64,000 nt of DNA. Origin: Selaginella moellendorffii (taxonomy: Eukaryota > Plantae > Lycopodiophyta). Where the stretch lies: NCBI RefSeq assembly GCF_000143415.4, contig NW_003314268.1, positions 2,000,494-2,064,493 on the forward strand, given 5' to 3'. Below the pieces are notes generated by a model. It was not told the origin of the DNA. It worked only from the letters and a program-made list of their open reading frames with translations, and did no database searches. Of this stretch, positions 47,734 through 61,645 are shown one piece after another; within the stretch, counting starts at the first letter, position 1; each line of letters starts with the position of its first letter. Both the position numbers and the translations under genes were made by a program.

Positions 47734-50299
47734 CTATCTCGCACCCGAGAGCTCAATCGCTTCCAAGTTGGAGGAATCTCCCTGAATCATCATCCACTCG
47801 TCCAGCTGCTTGTGGCCAACATCCACCTCTTCTCTTCTCAGCACCTGAACCTTTTGCCACTCTTCCCACCTCTCGGCGAGGCCGTCCCCTTCCAGCATCG
47901 ACACGACCTCCACCATCTTTGGACGGTCGCTGGGAGACGCTTGGGTGCAGAGCAGAGCAATCTGGGTGAGTTTCTCAACTTCGTTTGGCTGGTACGAGTG
48001 CCTCAGCTTGGGATCCACGAGCTCACTCAGTCTACCTTCCTGCTGGAATCTCTTCACCTGCAAGCACCAAAGCGAAAGTTTGGTCCGAGGCCAAGCACCA
48101 TAAATCTTACCCAGTCGAGAAGCATCACGTCGTCATCGTCAAACAGCCTGGCTAGATCGAAAGCCCGCTTCCCCGTTATAAGCTCCAGCATCAAAACTCC
48201 ATATCCAAACACGTCCGTCTTCTCCGACGACTTGCCTGTGGACAGATACTCCGGAGCAATGTGGCCGGGAGTCCCTCGGACGTTGGTGGTGATGTGTGTG
48301 TTCTTGGTGTCAATGAGCTTTGCAAGACCGAAATCGCCCACCACCGCCTGGAAATCTTTGTCCAGTAGAACGTTCGCAGCTTTCACGTCACGGTGAATGA
48401 TCCGGGGGCTACAGTGTACGTGAAGGTAACGGAGACCGTGAGCAGCACCCAGAGCGATTTGCTTCCTCGTTTCCCAATCCAACGTTTTGCTCCCCGTGGT
48501 GTCATCTGTGGACGCAAAGGTTAGCTTCTTCACAGATGGTTGATTTTCAGCTTACGCAAGCGGGAAGCAACGCTCCCGTTGGGCATAAACGGGTAGACTA
48601 AGATCCGCTCCGAAGGAGTGATGCAAAATCCGTCAAGGCGAAGCAGGTTGCGGTGGACTGCCAAGCCGATGATCTCAACTTCAGTCTGAAATGCCTGTTC
48701 TCCTCCAGCTGAAATATTCTGGTCTGTTCTTAGGCGCTTAACGGCAACGAGTTTGCCGTTTTCCAAACTGCCTTTGTACACTTTCCCAAATCCTCCCTGT
48801 CCCAGGACGTTCTTGTCGCTGAAATTGTCTGTTGCAATTTGGAGTTCCCTGAGAGTAAACTTCCTAAGTTGTCCAAAGGTGGCATGAGGATCATTTTCCG
48901 CTGCACAAAAGATAGCCGCGCATCAGATAGCTTACAAAAAAGCAAACAGACGCACCAGCAACGTCAAAAAACACCTCTTTTGGCCCACGGTGCTTTCTCC
49001 ACACAATGACAGCCAGTAAGGGACAGAGCAGTAAAAACAGAGCCCCCGCAGCAATGCCACCAATGATAGCTCCAATGTTAAGCCCTGCAGCGCGTCCAGG
49101 GATTGAAATAGGCAGAAGTTATCCCAAGAACAGACTTGCTTACCACGTCTTCTAGAGCTCGGAAGAATCGACTCCGGGCAAGGCGTTCCTACCTTAGTAC
49201 CACAGAGATCTGGATTCCCTAGCAAGCTGTTGAAAGACATTAGCCGTCATGGAATGACTTCAGAAACGGCATACATCAAACAGGCAAGCATTGTTTGCTC
49301 ACTTGAACTCACTGATCGTCCCTTTGGGTGGGAGTGGTCCACTCAAGTTGTTATACGAGACGTCTCTGCATGAATTCGAATGATCAGGATAACGAACACG
49401 AGAAAATGACATACAGAAACTGCAAGCTGGATATGAGAGTGAGCGTAGAAGGGATGCTTCCGGTCAGGCTGTTGTTGTTTAGAAGCCTGCAAAGCCAAGT
49501 TGCTGTGATTAACAGGAAAAAGAAGAAGAAGAAGAAGAAGAAAGTTCCCAAGGCTTACAAGGTTCTTAAGCTCGTAAGATTGGTGAGCGTTGACGGAATG
49601 CTTCCAGTGAAGTTGTTCGCAGACAAGTCAAGATTCAGTAAACCTTGCAGTGTTCCCAGTTGTGGCGGAAGAGAACCCGAGATCAAATTCCCTTTCATCC
49701 TTCTGAGGAAAAGAGAGCCATTAAAAACAAAACCATATGATCCAAGAGCCAAGTACAGGTTTTGCAGATTGGGCAAATCCGCAAGTGCTGGCGAGAGAGT
49801 CCCCGAGAGGCCTTGCTTCTCCAACATTCTGGACAGGCAAGAAAAAAAGATTATCATCAAAGTCAAAGACACGAGCTAGCACCCACACATAGAAAGAAAA
49901 AAAGAGTTAAAAAGAGGCACACACACACACACGACAATGTTCTATTCTACCAAGAAACCAAGGAAAGAGAGAATGTCTCCAGCGAGCGACGAGCAACCAA
50001 TGCAAATCTCATACACTGTGATGACACGCTGCTGGCTGTCGCAGTCGACATAGAGCCAGCTGCAAGGATTGACGAGGTTTGCATCCCAAGATCTCAACGC
50101 ATTCTTGGGATCCCACAGCTTGCTCTTGAGCTCCGCGAGCGCATTTCCTGACAAAACGTTTAGCCTGATTGCTCCCCAAGGAAGAGAAATCGCGGGGCCA
50201 GGCAAGCGTACCTTCGGCATTGGAGGCCAGAGCTTGGTGGATCCAGAGGAGAGGCAGCGGCAGCAGCAGTGGCAGTAGATGCTCCAATCCAAAGCGCAT
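47734..50299 (-). CDS. LRR-II (SERK/NIK-like) receptor kinase
   Basis: Signal peptide, [15 protein letters not shown] exons, [22 protein letters not shown] and [24 protein letters not shown]. Ends ELSGAR. Confidence 0.93.
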
Positions 50300-50393
50300 G
50301 GCGCACAGAAGCCCCGCTACGAGCAACAAAATAAAACCATGTTACGTCTAATTTTATCTTTAGGGCACGCGGGTCGTCAAGTGCTAGAGCGCC

Positions 50394-51403
50394 ATGGCGG
50401 CGGCGATCTATCGCCTTCTTCCTCTAGTCGGGATCCTGCTCGTTCTTCCAATGCTGATCGAAGCTATCCATCACAAATGCGCCGCTTGCAAAGCCGTCGC
50501 GGTAAGATTGTACCAGATCTACGCGTGGTTTTGCGTGATTGATGCTCTCTTTCCCGCAGGTGGAGCTGGAGCTGGCTCTTGCAAACGTTAGTGAGTAAAA
50601 GTTTTCCGTATGATCTTGCGATTGCTGACAGAACTGGCTCGATCTCCAGGAAAGGCCGAGGAACGACATCGACTTGCGACACAGACTGGATTCGAAGGGG
50701 CAGCGACAGGGACGAGTAATCCAATACAAGTAAGAGTGTTATGAAACGAAGCATTGCTTGCTCTGTCTCGGCCTTGTATGTGATGATATCTGGATGAATT
50801 CTCTCAGACTTAGCGAGCTTAGAGTGTTGGAGCTCCTGGAAGGCGTTTGCTCTAGAGTGAAAGACTACACCCTTGACAAGGTGTGCTTAGCTTACACAAG
50901 AGCTTGATTCGTCTTTGGGCTGAATTTTCGATGCAATGCAGGCGACTGGCGAGTGGATCAAACTTAGCAACAGTGGCAACAGGAACGAGGATGGTATGCG
51001 TTAAGTTCTGCTTGAGAAAGTGATGCTCACTCTGTTCATTCTCTAGAAAAGCGAGAAGCTGAAGTACACTCCAAGGAGATTGCGGTTTATTGTGGCAGGT
51101 AAGGTCCATACATATCGTGACTACGTCGCTCTCAGGACTAAAGAAGGTCGTTCGTGTGAAAAAACAGGCTGCTTGAAAAGCATGAAGACGAGGTTTGGAG
51201 CTACGCTTTCCTGCTCATCCACACTTGCACTTTTCTTTCGTTTTGCAGCTAGCCTCGACGATAAGGAGTGGCGAAATGGTGGCGGGTTCTGTTAACACAG
51301 TTTTGTGCAACAACATCTCCAGAGATTGCAAGTAAGCTAACCAGTTTCCGTGTTTGTTTCTTATACTTTTTGCTACTGCAGCACGGAACGAGAAGAGCTC
51401 TAA
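50394..51403 (+). CDS. Canopy (CNPY/DUF3456) saposin-like ER protein
   Basis: Signal peptide, KCAACKAVA and RHRLDSKGQRQG..SELRVLELLEGVC. ER-retention-like REEL*. Confidence 0.88.
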
Positions 51404-51589
51404 CATCTTCATAAAAGAATTGCAACATTGTAGACAATTGCTGACTGCTGAGAATAACAGAAGGAAAAACCGATGCTTACACTAGTTTACAATAAGAGTG
51501 TCTTCTTGGTGCAGGCTGCTGCAGCAATCAGCTTCTCCAGAAAGTGCAAGCACTAAAAAAAAACGGGGCCCGTTGCCGAAGTCGTTCGT

Positions 51590-54500
51590 TCATGATGAAG
51601 GCAGCAAAGGGACCAGGCGAAGCTTGAAAAGCTCTCCCAGCGCTTTTCTCACATCCATCTAAAGGATAGTGTCATGAGTAAGGTACACTGCCACTTAAAA
51701 ATAAGACTTACTTGATTACTGCAGATAAGCTTTGTGAAGTATGGGTAGAACTCCGAGAGATGTCTCTTGAACATTTCGCCTTCCATCTCGGACAACGAGT
51801 TGAGCACCTGTAAGGTTTGGACGAAACGTTTAGTATGCGACTAGCGTTGCGATCCTGCGAACCTTGACGACCACTGAAGAGCGCAAGCTGAGAGAGTAGT
51901 GAGCCTCAGCTTGGATAGGCTCCCCGGGAGCCGGGATCAAAGCCACCGCTTCTTTCAGTATATGGGAATAAAAGGTTACGAGACGCCGCTCTGCCTCCTC
52001 TTTAAGATTTCCATCCGCTGGAGACAACACGGCTTGGTTGAGCAGCGTCAGGTATATCCGTGTTCCTTCAACTTCCTGTCGGAGAAGCGTTGGAGGCGGC
52101 CTGTAATCAACCCAAGTTTCCACGTCAAGCCTTTCATGATAAGATGAAGGCTTACATTTCGCCAGAAAACTGCTGGATACGAATGCGAAGGTTAGCATCT
52201 GAGTTGTAAGTCGCCGCAAAGTCCACCACTGACAACAATGTATCCATAATCTGGATTTTGTTCGACGTGCTTAGCAGACTCCAGTGCTTTGCCTGTGTTA
52301 GATAGATACTTGGTTTACACGGGGCCAAAAACTCCCAAGATGAAGCTTACCTGCATGCTTTCAAGAGCTCTCAGCAATAGCAACTGCGTCAAGCACTTGC
52401 TTCTAACGATCGGAAGCTGTAGCGCCGCGTCCTCGATACTAGCGAGACTAGTTTCCTCCGCGTCACTCGACTGCAACGAGAAAGTAGAGTCACACCACAA
52501 ACGGGATAACCACATACCTGGACACGAGGAGGACTTGGACTATCAGTCGATCGGGATCTGCCTTTGAAAGTTAAGTTCTTCTTCAAAAATGCGTCCACCA
52601 TATTGCCAACCAGTCTTCGGCCTAACGTATGGCCCCCGAAGAGGCCTCCTTTTCCTTCCTCAGAAGCTGGCGGCGTAGGAGTAAATCCTGCAATAATACC
52701 GCAGATTAGTTCAGCACGAGCATTGTACGCAGGTTCCACCTTCCGCCTCTGCATGAGACGGTGTTTCATGAGGATCACCGTCAGCTCTGCTATCGAAACT
52801 CGACCTTCCACTTTGTTTCACTGGCTCACCATTGCTATCACCAGAGACCTGACCACTCTGGTGGCTGTCCTGGCTTTCTACGTCCCACTCAGCTGGAGCT
52901 CCCAGGGGCAAGTTGTCTGTCCTCTGACCTGTCAAACTCCCCGACCTTCGAACATCAAATCCAAGACCGTCTGGACTCAGGAGCTCCACCGGCTGAGTAG
53001 TATAGCACGCGTCTCTACACAAACCGACATATAAACCGATGGTATATGGAACAGCTGACCTACCTTAAACTGTCTAGAAGAGTTGCCCAGTCTTTTTCAG
53101 CGAATTGATGACCTCCAATCTCCGTGAGACGGACTAGAGCACCAACAGCAATGCCGGCAAGGGCTTGATCTGGCCGTGTGACGCAATCCAGAAGCAATGC
53201 CAACAACGACGGCAAAAGAAACGAGACTTCCTGCAAGACCAGCAGTCAATATAATTCTCTCGAGCGGATAGAAGCCTATAGCTATACCTTGTAGAAGCTA
53301 CTGAATAGATCGCAAAGGAGCTGGAGAGAATGGATGCATGTCTCTCGAAGCCACTGCTCTGCTGATGCCTGCCGGTCGCCGTCTTTTCCAGCATGACGCA
53401 CATAATCAAATATTGGAAACAGCACACGGTGAAATACGCTGTCCCAGAACGACGTTGAAAACTGATGTCCACGTTCCTTTAAAAGATCGAACAGGACTTC
53501 TAAAGCGCAGTTTCTGACTTCAATCCGTGGGTCGGAAGTGAGGTCGGAAAGCCCAGCGAGCATGGGAAACCAATAGTATTCAGAGACGTCCACATCGGCT
53601 CCCTTGCCAACTGTTTCAACAGCCTTCGAATTGATTCCTGGTAGCCGTCCCTGTAGATCAAGCACATTAGTTACAACATCCAGGAAGGTCAGAAAGTTTA
53701 CCTCGGCAAGGCGATCTTCGCATATACGTAAAAGTGCTATTGCTTTCAAGCTTATTCGAGAGCTAGTTTTGTTGTTCGCAAAAGCCATAAGACAGTTGAC
53801 GCAATCCATGAAGCAGTCTCCTGCGACTTGATCAAAATTCTCAAGCACAACTGCGGAAAAAACCGGCTAGAGGTGGTGAGAAAATGTGAAGAACCCGCCT
53901 ACCTTGCTCGACATTCTCAAATGCTAAATCAGCGATTGCTTCCGTATCGTCATATGCAGCTGTTGTGAATACCATAAACACGCTTTTCCAGCCGGACTTT
54001 ATGCTTCCAACTTTAGATTTGATTATCTGGAAGAGCATAGAGCTAGATGTAAACCGATCTCCAGTGAGAAAGAAACATTACCTGCACAATGCAGTCCACA
54101 ATAAGACCCCGCACCACGGTACTTTTGTTAGTGCGCATAAGAACGACAAATGGCTTCAATATGTCGTTCTGAAAGGAAAAGTTGGCCAGCTCTTTCCGTT
54201 CAAAGTACTTCATTCCCAACTGACGTAGTGAATCAATCGCATACATGGCGATTTTTTCATCGTGGTGACTGCCAGCAGCTACAAAATGCTGTGATAATAC
54301 GGACCATATTTTGGCCCAAACCTGAGAGACGGTCATGAGCTTCTGATAAAGATAAAAGTTCAACTTACCATTCTGATACGGGCCATATTGTAGTAGCTGA
54401 TTTCCACAAGCTTTTGAAGGCTGTAAACCCGGGGAGGTACCTGCTTCATTTCTTCGACGGAAACTCCGCATAAGGCTGTGAAAAATTCCACAACCACATC

Positions 54501-57500
54501 GCTGGGGAGCTTCACGCTGTTAACGAAGACCTGCTCAGTCGGTTTTCCAGTAAGGTCTATGAGCGCCTGAGCGAGAGCGTCTCTCGAGATCTGGTTTGCC
54601 CCGTGCATCAGGGTCGGCAAGATTGAAGGTGACGACGTTATGTGCTCGAGCCTCGACACACATTCTAAAACGGCGTTCCATGTATCTTGTAGACAATTCG
54701 GTTCGGTCTCAGCTATTCCAAGCAGCGTCTTCAATGCCTCCACATTTTTCATTCGCATATCTTTTGGAGCATGAAGAAACGTAAAGCTGCATGGAAAACA
54801 ATTAGTAAGCACCCTCGAAGCTCATAAGCGTACCGTATTAAAGATGTTAGGAAAGCGTATCTGAGAGTGTCCATCCCAAGAAGCTTCGTCAGATGAATAC
54901 CAGAACGGAATCCTTCCATGCAAGGTTGGACCCGAGGCTTATTCTCGTTATCTTCCATCGTGACCGAGAAAGCTGCAAGTAGTGGCCATCCGACAGCTTC
55001 AAGCATAGGCCGGGCAAGCTCCCCGTGAGTTGCCTTGTGAAATGTTCCCTTCTTCGTGTCAGCCCGCTTAAACAATGCCTGAGTTCTTCGAATAATTTCC
55101 TCACTTTCACGCTTGGCTTCTGCAGCAGTTTTTTTTTTCGAAACTCCAAGGTTCAAGACACTAACAAGACGCCCTTTTTCTTCCGCGTTGTCTTTCTTCG
55201 TTGAATCGGCATCTTTCATTTTGATCTCCTCTTTCACAATAGAACCGTATAGCTCCTGGAGAAGGTCGACGGGTGGGTGCTCCTCGGCATCACTCTCTGT
55301 GTTGAGACGAACAAAATCGTCTTTGGACATTTTTGGCCAGACCATAGGATTATGGGCATCCGTGTTGAGCATAATAACTGCATATGCCAGAACATAAGCT
55401 GTGTCGGCAGATTTGAAGAGCCCCGGGTTGCAACGGCAGTACCTGGAACACTCTAGTTTGAAGCATGCACACGGGCATTGGCAAATCGTACCTTTCGGCA
55501 AATTTCTCCATTATATGATCAATCTTTTGAGCTTCGCCAGGCAATCGAAAACTCCTCAAAAACTCCCGAATGGCTTGGTCAAACTTCATGTTCTGTAGTT
55601 GTGAGCTATCAACATACGCATGCATGACAGACACCTGGAATTCCTCGTGCTGACCCAAATAATCGCCAATCATAGTCTGCGAAACAAACGAGTTGAGACA
55701 TGCCAGATTAGTTTCGAAATGTACCTTGTCTAGACCCGACATCGTTTTTAAAAACTGTGCGATTGCACCTGGATCGCGTTGAACAAGCTTGTTTGTCACA
55801 AGGTACTCAATGCCTTTGGCCGCATTACGATTAAACTGTAAATAAAAAGCGTAAAGTTCATTCCATGATCGAACAACCAACCTCCGCTATGGCAGCTTCC
55901 ATTGTCGATTTCTGAGCCTTAGCCTTTTTAATATCAGCCGCTTGTGTTGATGCGTGCAATCCTTCTTTTCCAGACTGATGATCAGACAGATATCTTTTCT
56001 TGGCATCATCATGTGATTTAGTCCAATGTACTAATGACTTAACCACATTGACCAAGCACTGCAAAATGCGACAATATATTAGCTGCAATGAGTGGAAACT
56101 ATAGAAATTACCTGTAACGATGATCCTTTCAAAGCTGTATTTTGGGCAAGGGCGGGATCTGCACTAACTGTACCTTGTGCCATTTTTGAAAGCGAGCTCA
56201 CCTAAGGAACAATGACGATAGGGGAGAAAACATCAAATGAGGTTTACCATGCGTTCAAACAGATTTGTGGCTTCTAGATCGCAATCGTAATTAACAAATG
56301 TATCGGCTAGCGTTTGTGAATCGGTACACACCCTCTCCAACATTCTACACACCAGCATCAGTTAGGCTGAACAGAGGTATGACCCGCCTTACTTCAAAAC
56401 GGACAATCTTTGTTGAAGTGGCGTGTCAACGCTGTCTAGAGGCCGCAACACTATTAACGAGAAAAACACCCCGACTTCCGCCTGTCATACGATGTAAGTA
56501 CCCGCTTGATATTACCACCAGTCTTTTACCTTCAGGCTTTCTCTAAAACGCAAAAGCAAGACCATAAAGATCCCGCAAGAATTCTGCAGCCGAGCGAATG
56601 TTGGCAGGCATCTATTTAAATAAAGAATGCTCACCTGAAAAATTGTTGTGTTGGAGGAGACACAAGCTCGAAGAAGTGCATAGGACAGGTAAGCCTTGAT
56701 AGAATCTATAAAGGCAAAATTCACTGTGAATGAAGGGCTAACGCTCTCCAGGAGGCCCTGCTCAATTAAGTAAGAAGTTATTCGTTCTCATTTGAAAAAG
56801 CACCTGTATTAATTCGAGAGACAATATCTTCGTTCTTGTCACCATGTCATCTGCCCCGTCTTTCATTGACATCTATAAAAAACTTTAAATTAAAAAAAAA
56901 AATGTGCTTATCAGACTGCCTACCTTGCAAAGAGTTCTGAAAACCATAAGGGCCTCCCGTTGGCCTACATTTAGGCTATTCAAATCGATACCCCTGGCAA
57001 AACAAATTTTAAGTACCAGATAAAGATAATGCGACACATACTCATTGGAAACCGCTCCACCTTCAGACAGAATTGCCTTGTCTAGCGCCGCTTCAAGGCC
57101 CTAAGCATCATATAAAAATCTTATAAGAGAGAAAAGAGAGAAAAATACGGAATAAAAAAAAACCTTTATATCGGCATCCCCAGCCAAGTGCTGAAGTTCC
57201 TCCACACTCACGGAAGCCTGTGAGCTTGTAGGACTTGAATTTTCAGCCTCGTGTCTGCGATAGTGCTCAGTAGCCTGTTTGACATCAGGATTGTTTTTCT
57301 GTTGAGATAAAACATGTTCCGCCGGCTGCTTATAATGTGTGTGTAAGTCAAGAACATAAACAAGAACACGAACCCCATTCTCTGATTCCATTCTCTTAAA
57401 GACAATGTTGATCATTTGCGTAAGTGTGGCCTTGGCTGTAGCCTGGTTCACGGAGCTTTTACTGAACATATTTCAGACCAGTGTAAGTTAGGTGAAAATT

Positions 57501-58427
57501 AGCTAAACAGATACCTGTTCAGCACGATAGAGTAGCACGTCCGGATAGAGCTCAGCAGGCACTCTCCGTGAACTGCATAAAAGGAACCTTTTCAGGTAAC
57601 GCAAGAAAATTAAAAGAAGCTTACCTTGAAATTTCGACGAGGCAACAGCTGTTAACAGTACTTTTATCACTTGCAAAACAGTGCTAGTGTAGAAGCAAAA
57701 GTCAGGTACACTCACTTGGCAGCACAAAAGAGAAATGGTCACCTATCCGTCGCTGAATTGTCGATGCATGAACAGACTTTGTTCAAGACTTCCGTCAGCA
57801 TAGCACCATTTTTGCCACCCTCGGCTCCAGCCTCACCTTCGAGATGCCCAAAAGAGATAAGTTTCTGCGCAAAACATGAGACTTAGTAGAAACACAGGAA
57901 GATCTCACACTGCGGCACGTACATGAAGGCAATCCAAGGCCGTTTCCACCAGCTTGGGCTGCTTGGTTTCGATTGCTAGGCGCAGAGGGAGTAGAATGAG
58001 GTCGGCCTCGGAAACTTCCAACGTACCGCCAGCCTCCGCCATGGTTGCCGCGGCCACCTGACTGCTGGTTCGTCTTTTAGGAGAAGTAACACTGCTAGCA
58101 GCAGTAGGACTCTCCGTGGACTTGGGTGTGCCAGGCTCACTCTCGGCATCCTGCTGAGGAGGAGGACTATCCAACACAAATGCGGGAAGAGTTTCCTAGG
58201 AGATGAAAGAAATGGAAGGCTTACGCTTTTGGTCCATCTGTGGATCCTGAGGATTGGCCTCTATCTGAAAGCACCAGAAACTCGCTGTTGGATCGAAATT
58301 CATGCAATGCTGACTGACCTAGATATTCTTTGAGGGCATTCTGGAGCGCTGTATACTTTTTGCCTTGAGATTCCTTCGCCAAGCGCTCGAATGCGCGTGT
58401 CACAAACGCCCCAGCTGCATCTGCCAT
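51590..58427 (-). CDS. BIG5: BIG-type ARF guanine-nucleotide exchange factor (BIG5/MIN7-like)
   Basis: AFVTRAFE N-terminus and DCB/HUS regions. Sec7 motifs [11 protein letters not shown] and [17 protein letters not shown] motifs YYNMARIR and WLRETC. Confidence 0.93.
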
Positions 58428-58870
58428 GGCTAAGCTCCAACTCGCCAATCACAAGATCGATCAATTGCTGGAGGGAGATCACCATCGCCTGCTTCAGATC
58501 GCGTGAGCGCGCCCCGGCGCCAGATCTAGACAACCTAATCACTTACACGCCAGGCGCGAGGGATGAATCGCTCGCACAGATCTCCATCCAGGCCAGGCGG
58601 ATCGCTGCGCGTGGTAGCTGAGCCTCCTACCGGAAGAAAACCCAGGTACGGAAGTGGCCCTTAAATTATATATGTATTGGCCGTAAAGTACACATTGGGA
58701 CCACATTTTTCCCCTGTGAGCCAAAATGCGGCTTTGGTCTACCTAGGCCTAGGCGGCCCAGAGAAGCTCTCTGCTCCTTCTTTTTCCATAACGTCGCTCT
58801 AGGTTTAGGTGCCGGCATTGCGAGGAGGCGATGGTAGGAGCAAGATCCTTGTAGCGTCCCAGCATTGACG

Positions 58871-61439
58871 ATGGAGCAAGCGATGCGGCCGTGGCTCTTG
58901 TTGTTCGTCGCCGCTGGGATCTTCGTCTCGTCAGCCACGGGCAACTCGGAGGGTAAGCAAGGTTCCCCAGCTCCAGATTATCGGTCAGCGTGGTGTCAGG
59001 CTCTGTCTGGATTGTCAGATGGAACTCGAATCGCATGTCATTGCAATCGTGAGAGCGCGGGCACTGACTTGTGTGGTGTTTTGGCTGGCTAGGCGATGCC
59101 CTTCATGTATTTCGGCAGGCGCTGGATGATCCTAGCAACGTCTTGCAAAGCTGGGATCCCACACTGGTCAATCCTTGTACCTGGTTTCACGTAACTTGCA
59201 ACACCCAAGACAACGTTATAAGAGTGTAAGCCGCTCGCTTCCTTCTTTGTATGCTTCTTCTTTACCTCTACACTCCTTTGGCAGGGACTTGGGAAATGCA
59301 TTTCTCTCAGGGCGTTTGGTAGCAGCTCTTGGCAATCTCGAAAATTTACAGTACTTGTAAGTAAATCTAATTCCTCCTATTCTCTATGGTGGAGCTAACT
59401 AGGACCCCCCCTTTTCCATTGTTTCCTTTAACAGGGAGTTGTACAGCAACAACATCACTGGGCCAATCCCAAAGGAGCTGGGCAACTTGACTGAGCTCGT
59501 CAGCCTTGATTTGTACCAAAACAGCTTCACTGGCGATATACCTGACTCACTCGGTAAACTTCATAATCTGAGGTTCCTGTAAGTAATCTATCGTTTCCCT
59601 TCGTTTCGCTTCAACCCTTCTTTACCTCTTTCCAGCCGACTAAATAATAATACACTCGACGGCAAGATCCCCAACTCACTCACCACAATCCCGGGGCTTC
59701 AAGTGCTGTAAGTTGTTCTCTGAGTTGTCTGGGAGGAGGTGTGTCACTTCTCCCTCTTGTCCTTGCAGGGATCTCTCGAATAACAATTTGTCAGGTCCAG
59801 TTCCAACTAATGGCTCCTTTTCGCTGTTCACGCCGATAAGGTACTTTTGGCGGACATTCTTTTTGGCTGTCTCTCCTCATAACTCGTTATCGTACAGTTT
59901 TGGAGGTAATCCGGCATTGTGTGGTGCTGTTGTCAGCCGTCAATGTCCAGGAGGGCCCCCATTGCCACCTCCGACTCCCTACCAGCCACCCTCACCTTTT
60001 GTTGGCAATCAAAATGGTAAGGTGTTAATTGGCTGGAGAGTCGGGTGTTTCAAACAGTCTGAATGGCCTCAGGAAATAATGGGGGATCCTCGAGCACCGG
60101 TGCCATTGCTGGAGGTGTGGCTGCCAGCGCTGCCTTGCTTTTTGCAACTCCAGCTATCGCTTTTGCGTGGTGGAAACGTCGCAGACCGCACGAGGCCTAC
60201 TTCGATGTCCCAGGTAAGAGCTGCTCATACTCGTGCTGAACCTGCTAACGACTTCTGTGACAGCTGAAGAGGATCCCGAAGTTCACCTTGGTCAGTTGAA
60301 GAGATTCTCACTCCGAGAACTTCAGGTCGCAACAGATAACTTCAACAACCGGAACATCCTTGGTCGGGGTGGGTTTGGAAAAGTGTACAAAGGCAGGCTG
60401 GCAGATGGATCTCTGGTAGCTGTTAAAAGATTGAAGGAAGAACGAAGTCCAGGTGGTGAGTTGCAGTTCCAGACTGAAGTCGAGATGATAAGTATGGCTG
60501 TACACAGAAATCTTCTCCGTTTGCGTGGTTTTTGCATGACACCAACGGAAAGACTTCTTGTTTATCCATACATGCCCAACGGAAGCGTTGCTTCCCGGTT
60601 ACGAGGTATGCAAATGGTGGTCATTCTTGTGTCATGGACTATAACGCTGAAAGCGTTGCAGAGAGACTTCCGGGAGATACACCACTGGACTGGCCAACGA
60701 GAAAATGCATAGCTCTAGGTGCGGCGCGTGGTTTGTCATATCTTCACGACCACTGTGATCCCAAAATTATCCATCGCGACGTCAAAGCAGCAAACATCTT
60801 GCTGGATGAGGAATACGAAGCTGTGGTGGGGGACTTTGGCCTGGCCAAGCTCATGGACTACAAAGACACGCACGTCACAACAGCAGTCCGAGGCACGATC
60901 GGCCATATCGCTCCCGAGTACTTATCCACGGGGAAGTCGTCAGAGAAAACGGACGTGTTTGGTTTCGGGATCATGTTACTGGAACTCATCACTGGACAAC
61001 GAGCGTTTGATCTCGCTCGCCTCGCCAACGATGACGACGTCATGCTTCTCGACTGGGTACGTATCTCACCAGTCTGTCTTTCTTGCGATTTAAGCCATAC
61101 TTTGGTCTCAACTCTCTTCAGGTGAAAGGACTGCTAAGAGAGCGAAAGGTGGACCTTTTAGTGGATCCCGACTTGAAAAACGAGTACGATCCCATGGAAG
61201 TCGAGCAGCTCATTCAGGTGGCACTTCTATGCACACAAGGCTCTCCAATGGACAGGCCCAAGATGGCCGAGGTCGTAAGAATGCTCGAAGGCGACGGCCT
61301 GGCGGAGAGATGGGAAGAATGGCAAAAGGTGGAAGTTGTCCGAAGCCAGGAAGTCGAGCTCGTGTCGCATGGAAACTCCGAGTGGATTGTCGACTCCACG
61401 GATAATCTACACGCGGTGGAACTCTCGGGTCCAAGATAG
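58871..61439 (+). CDS. SERK: Somatic embryogenesis receptor kinase (canonical SERK/BAK1 type)
   Basis: [21 protein letters not shown] exons, Pro-rich [32 protein letters not shown] and [18 protein letters not shown]. Ends ELSGPR. Confidence 0.96.
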
Positions 61440-61645
61440 TAGAGTAGCTAAGGCTATTAATTAGTTGTAATTGTGGCTTTAATCTCCCGCCCCCCGCAAC
61501 AACTGTTTTTATTTTGCAAAACTGGGGGCGTGTGCGAAAGCCGTCTCGTTTGCTAGCTTTCAGACGAAAGCAAGGAAACGCTTAACGGAGAAGAGCACAA
61601 ACAGGGTTACCATGTAACAAAGCGCCATCGCGCACTCTCGCGGCG

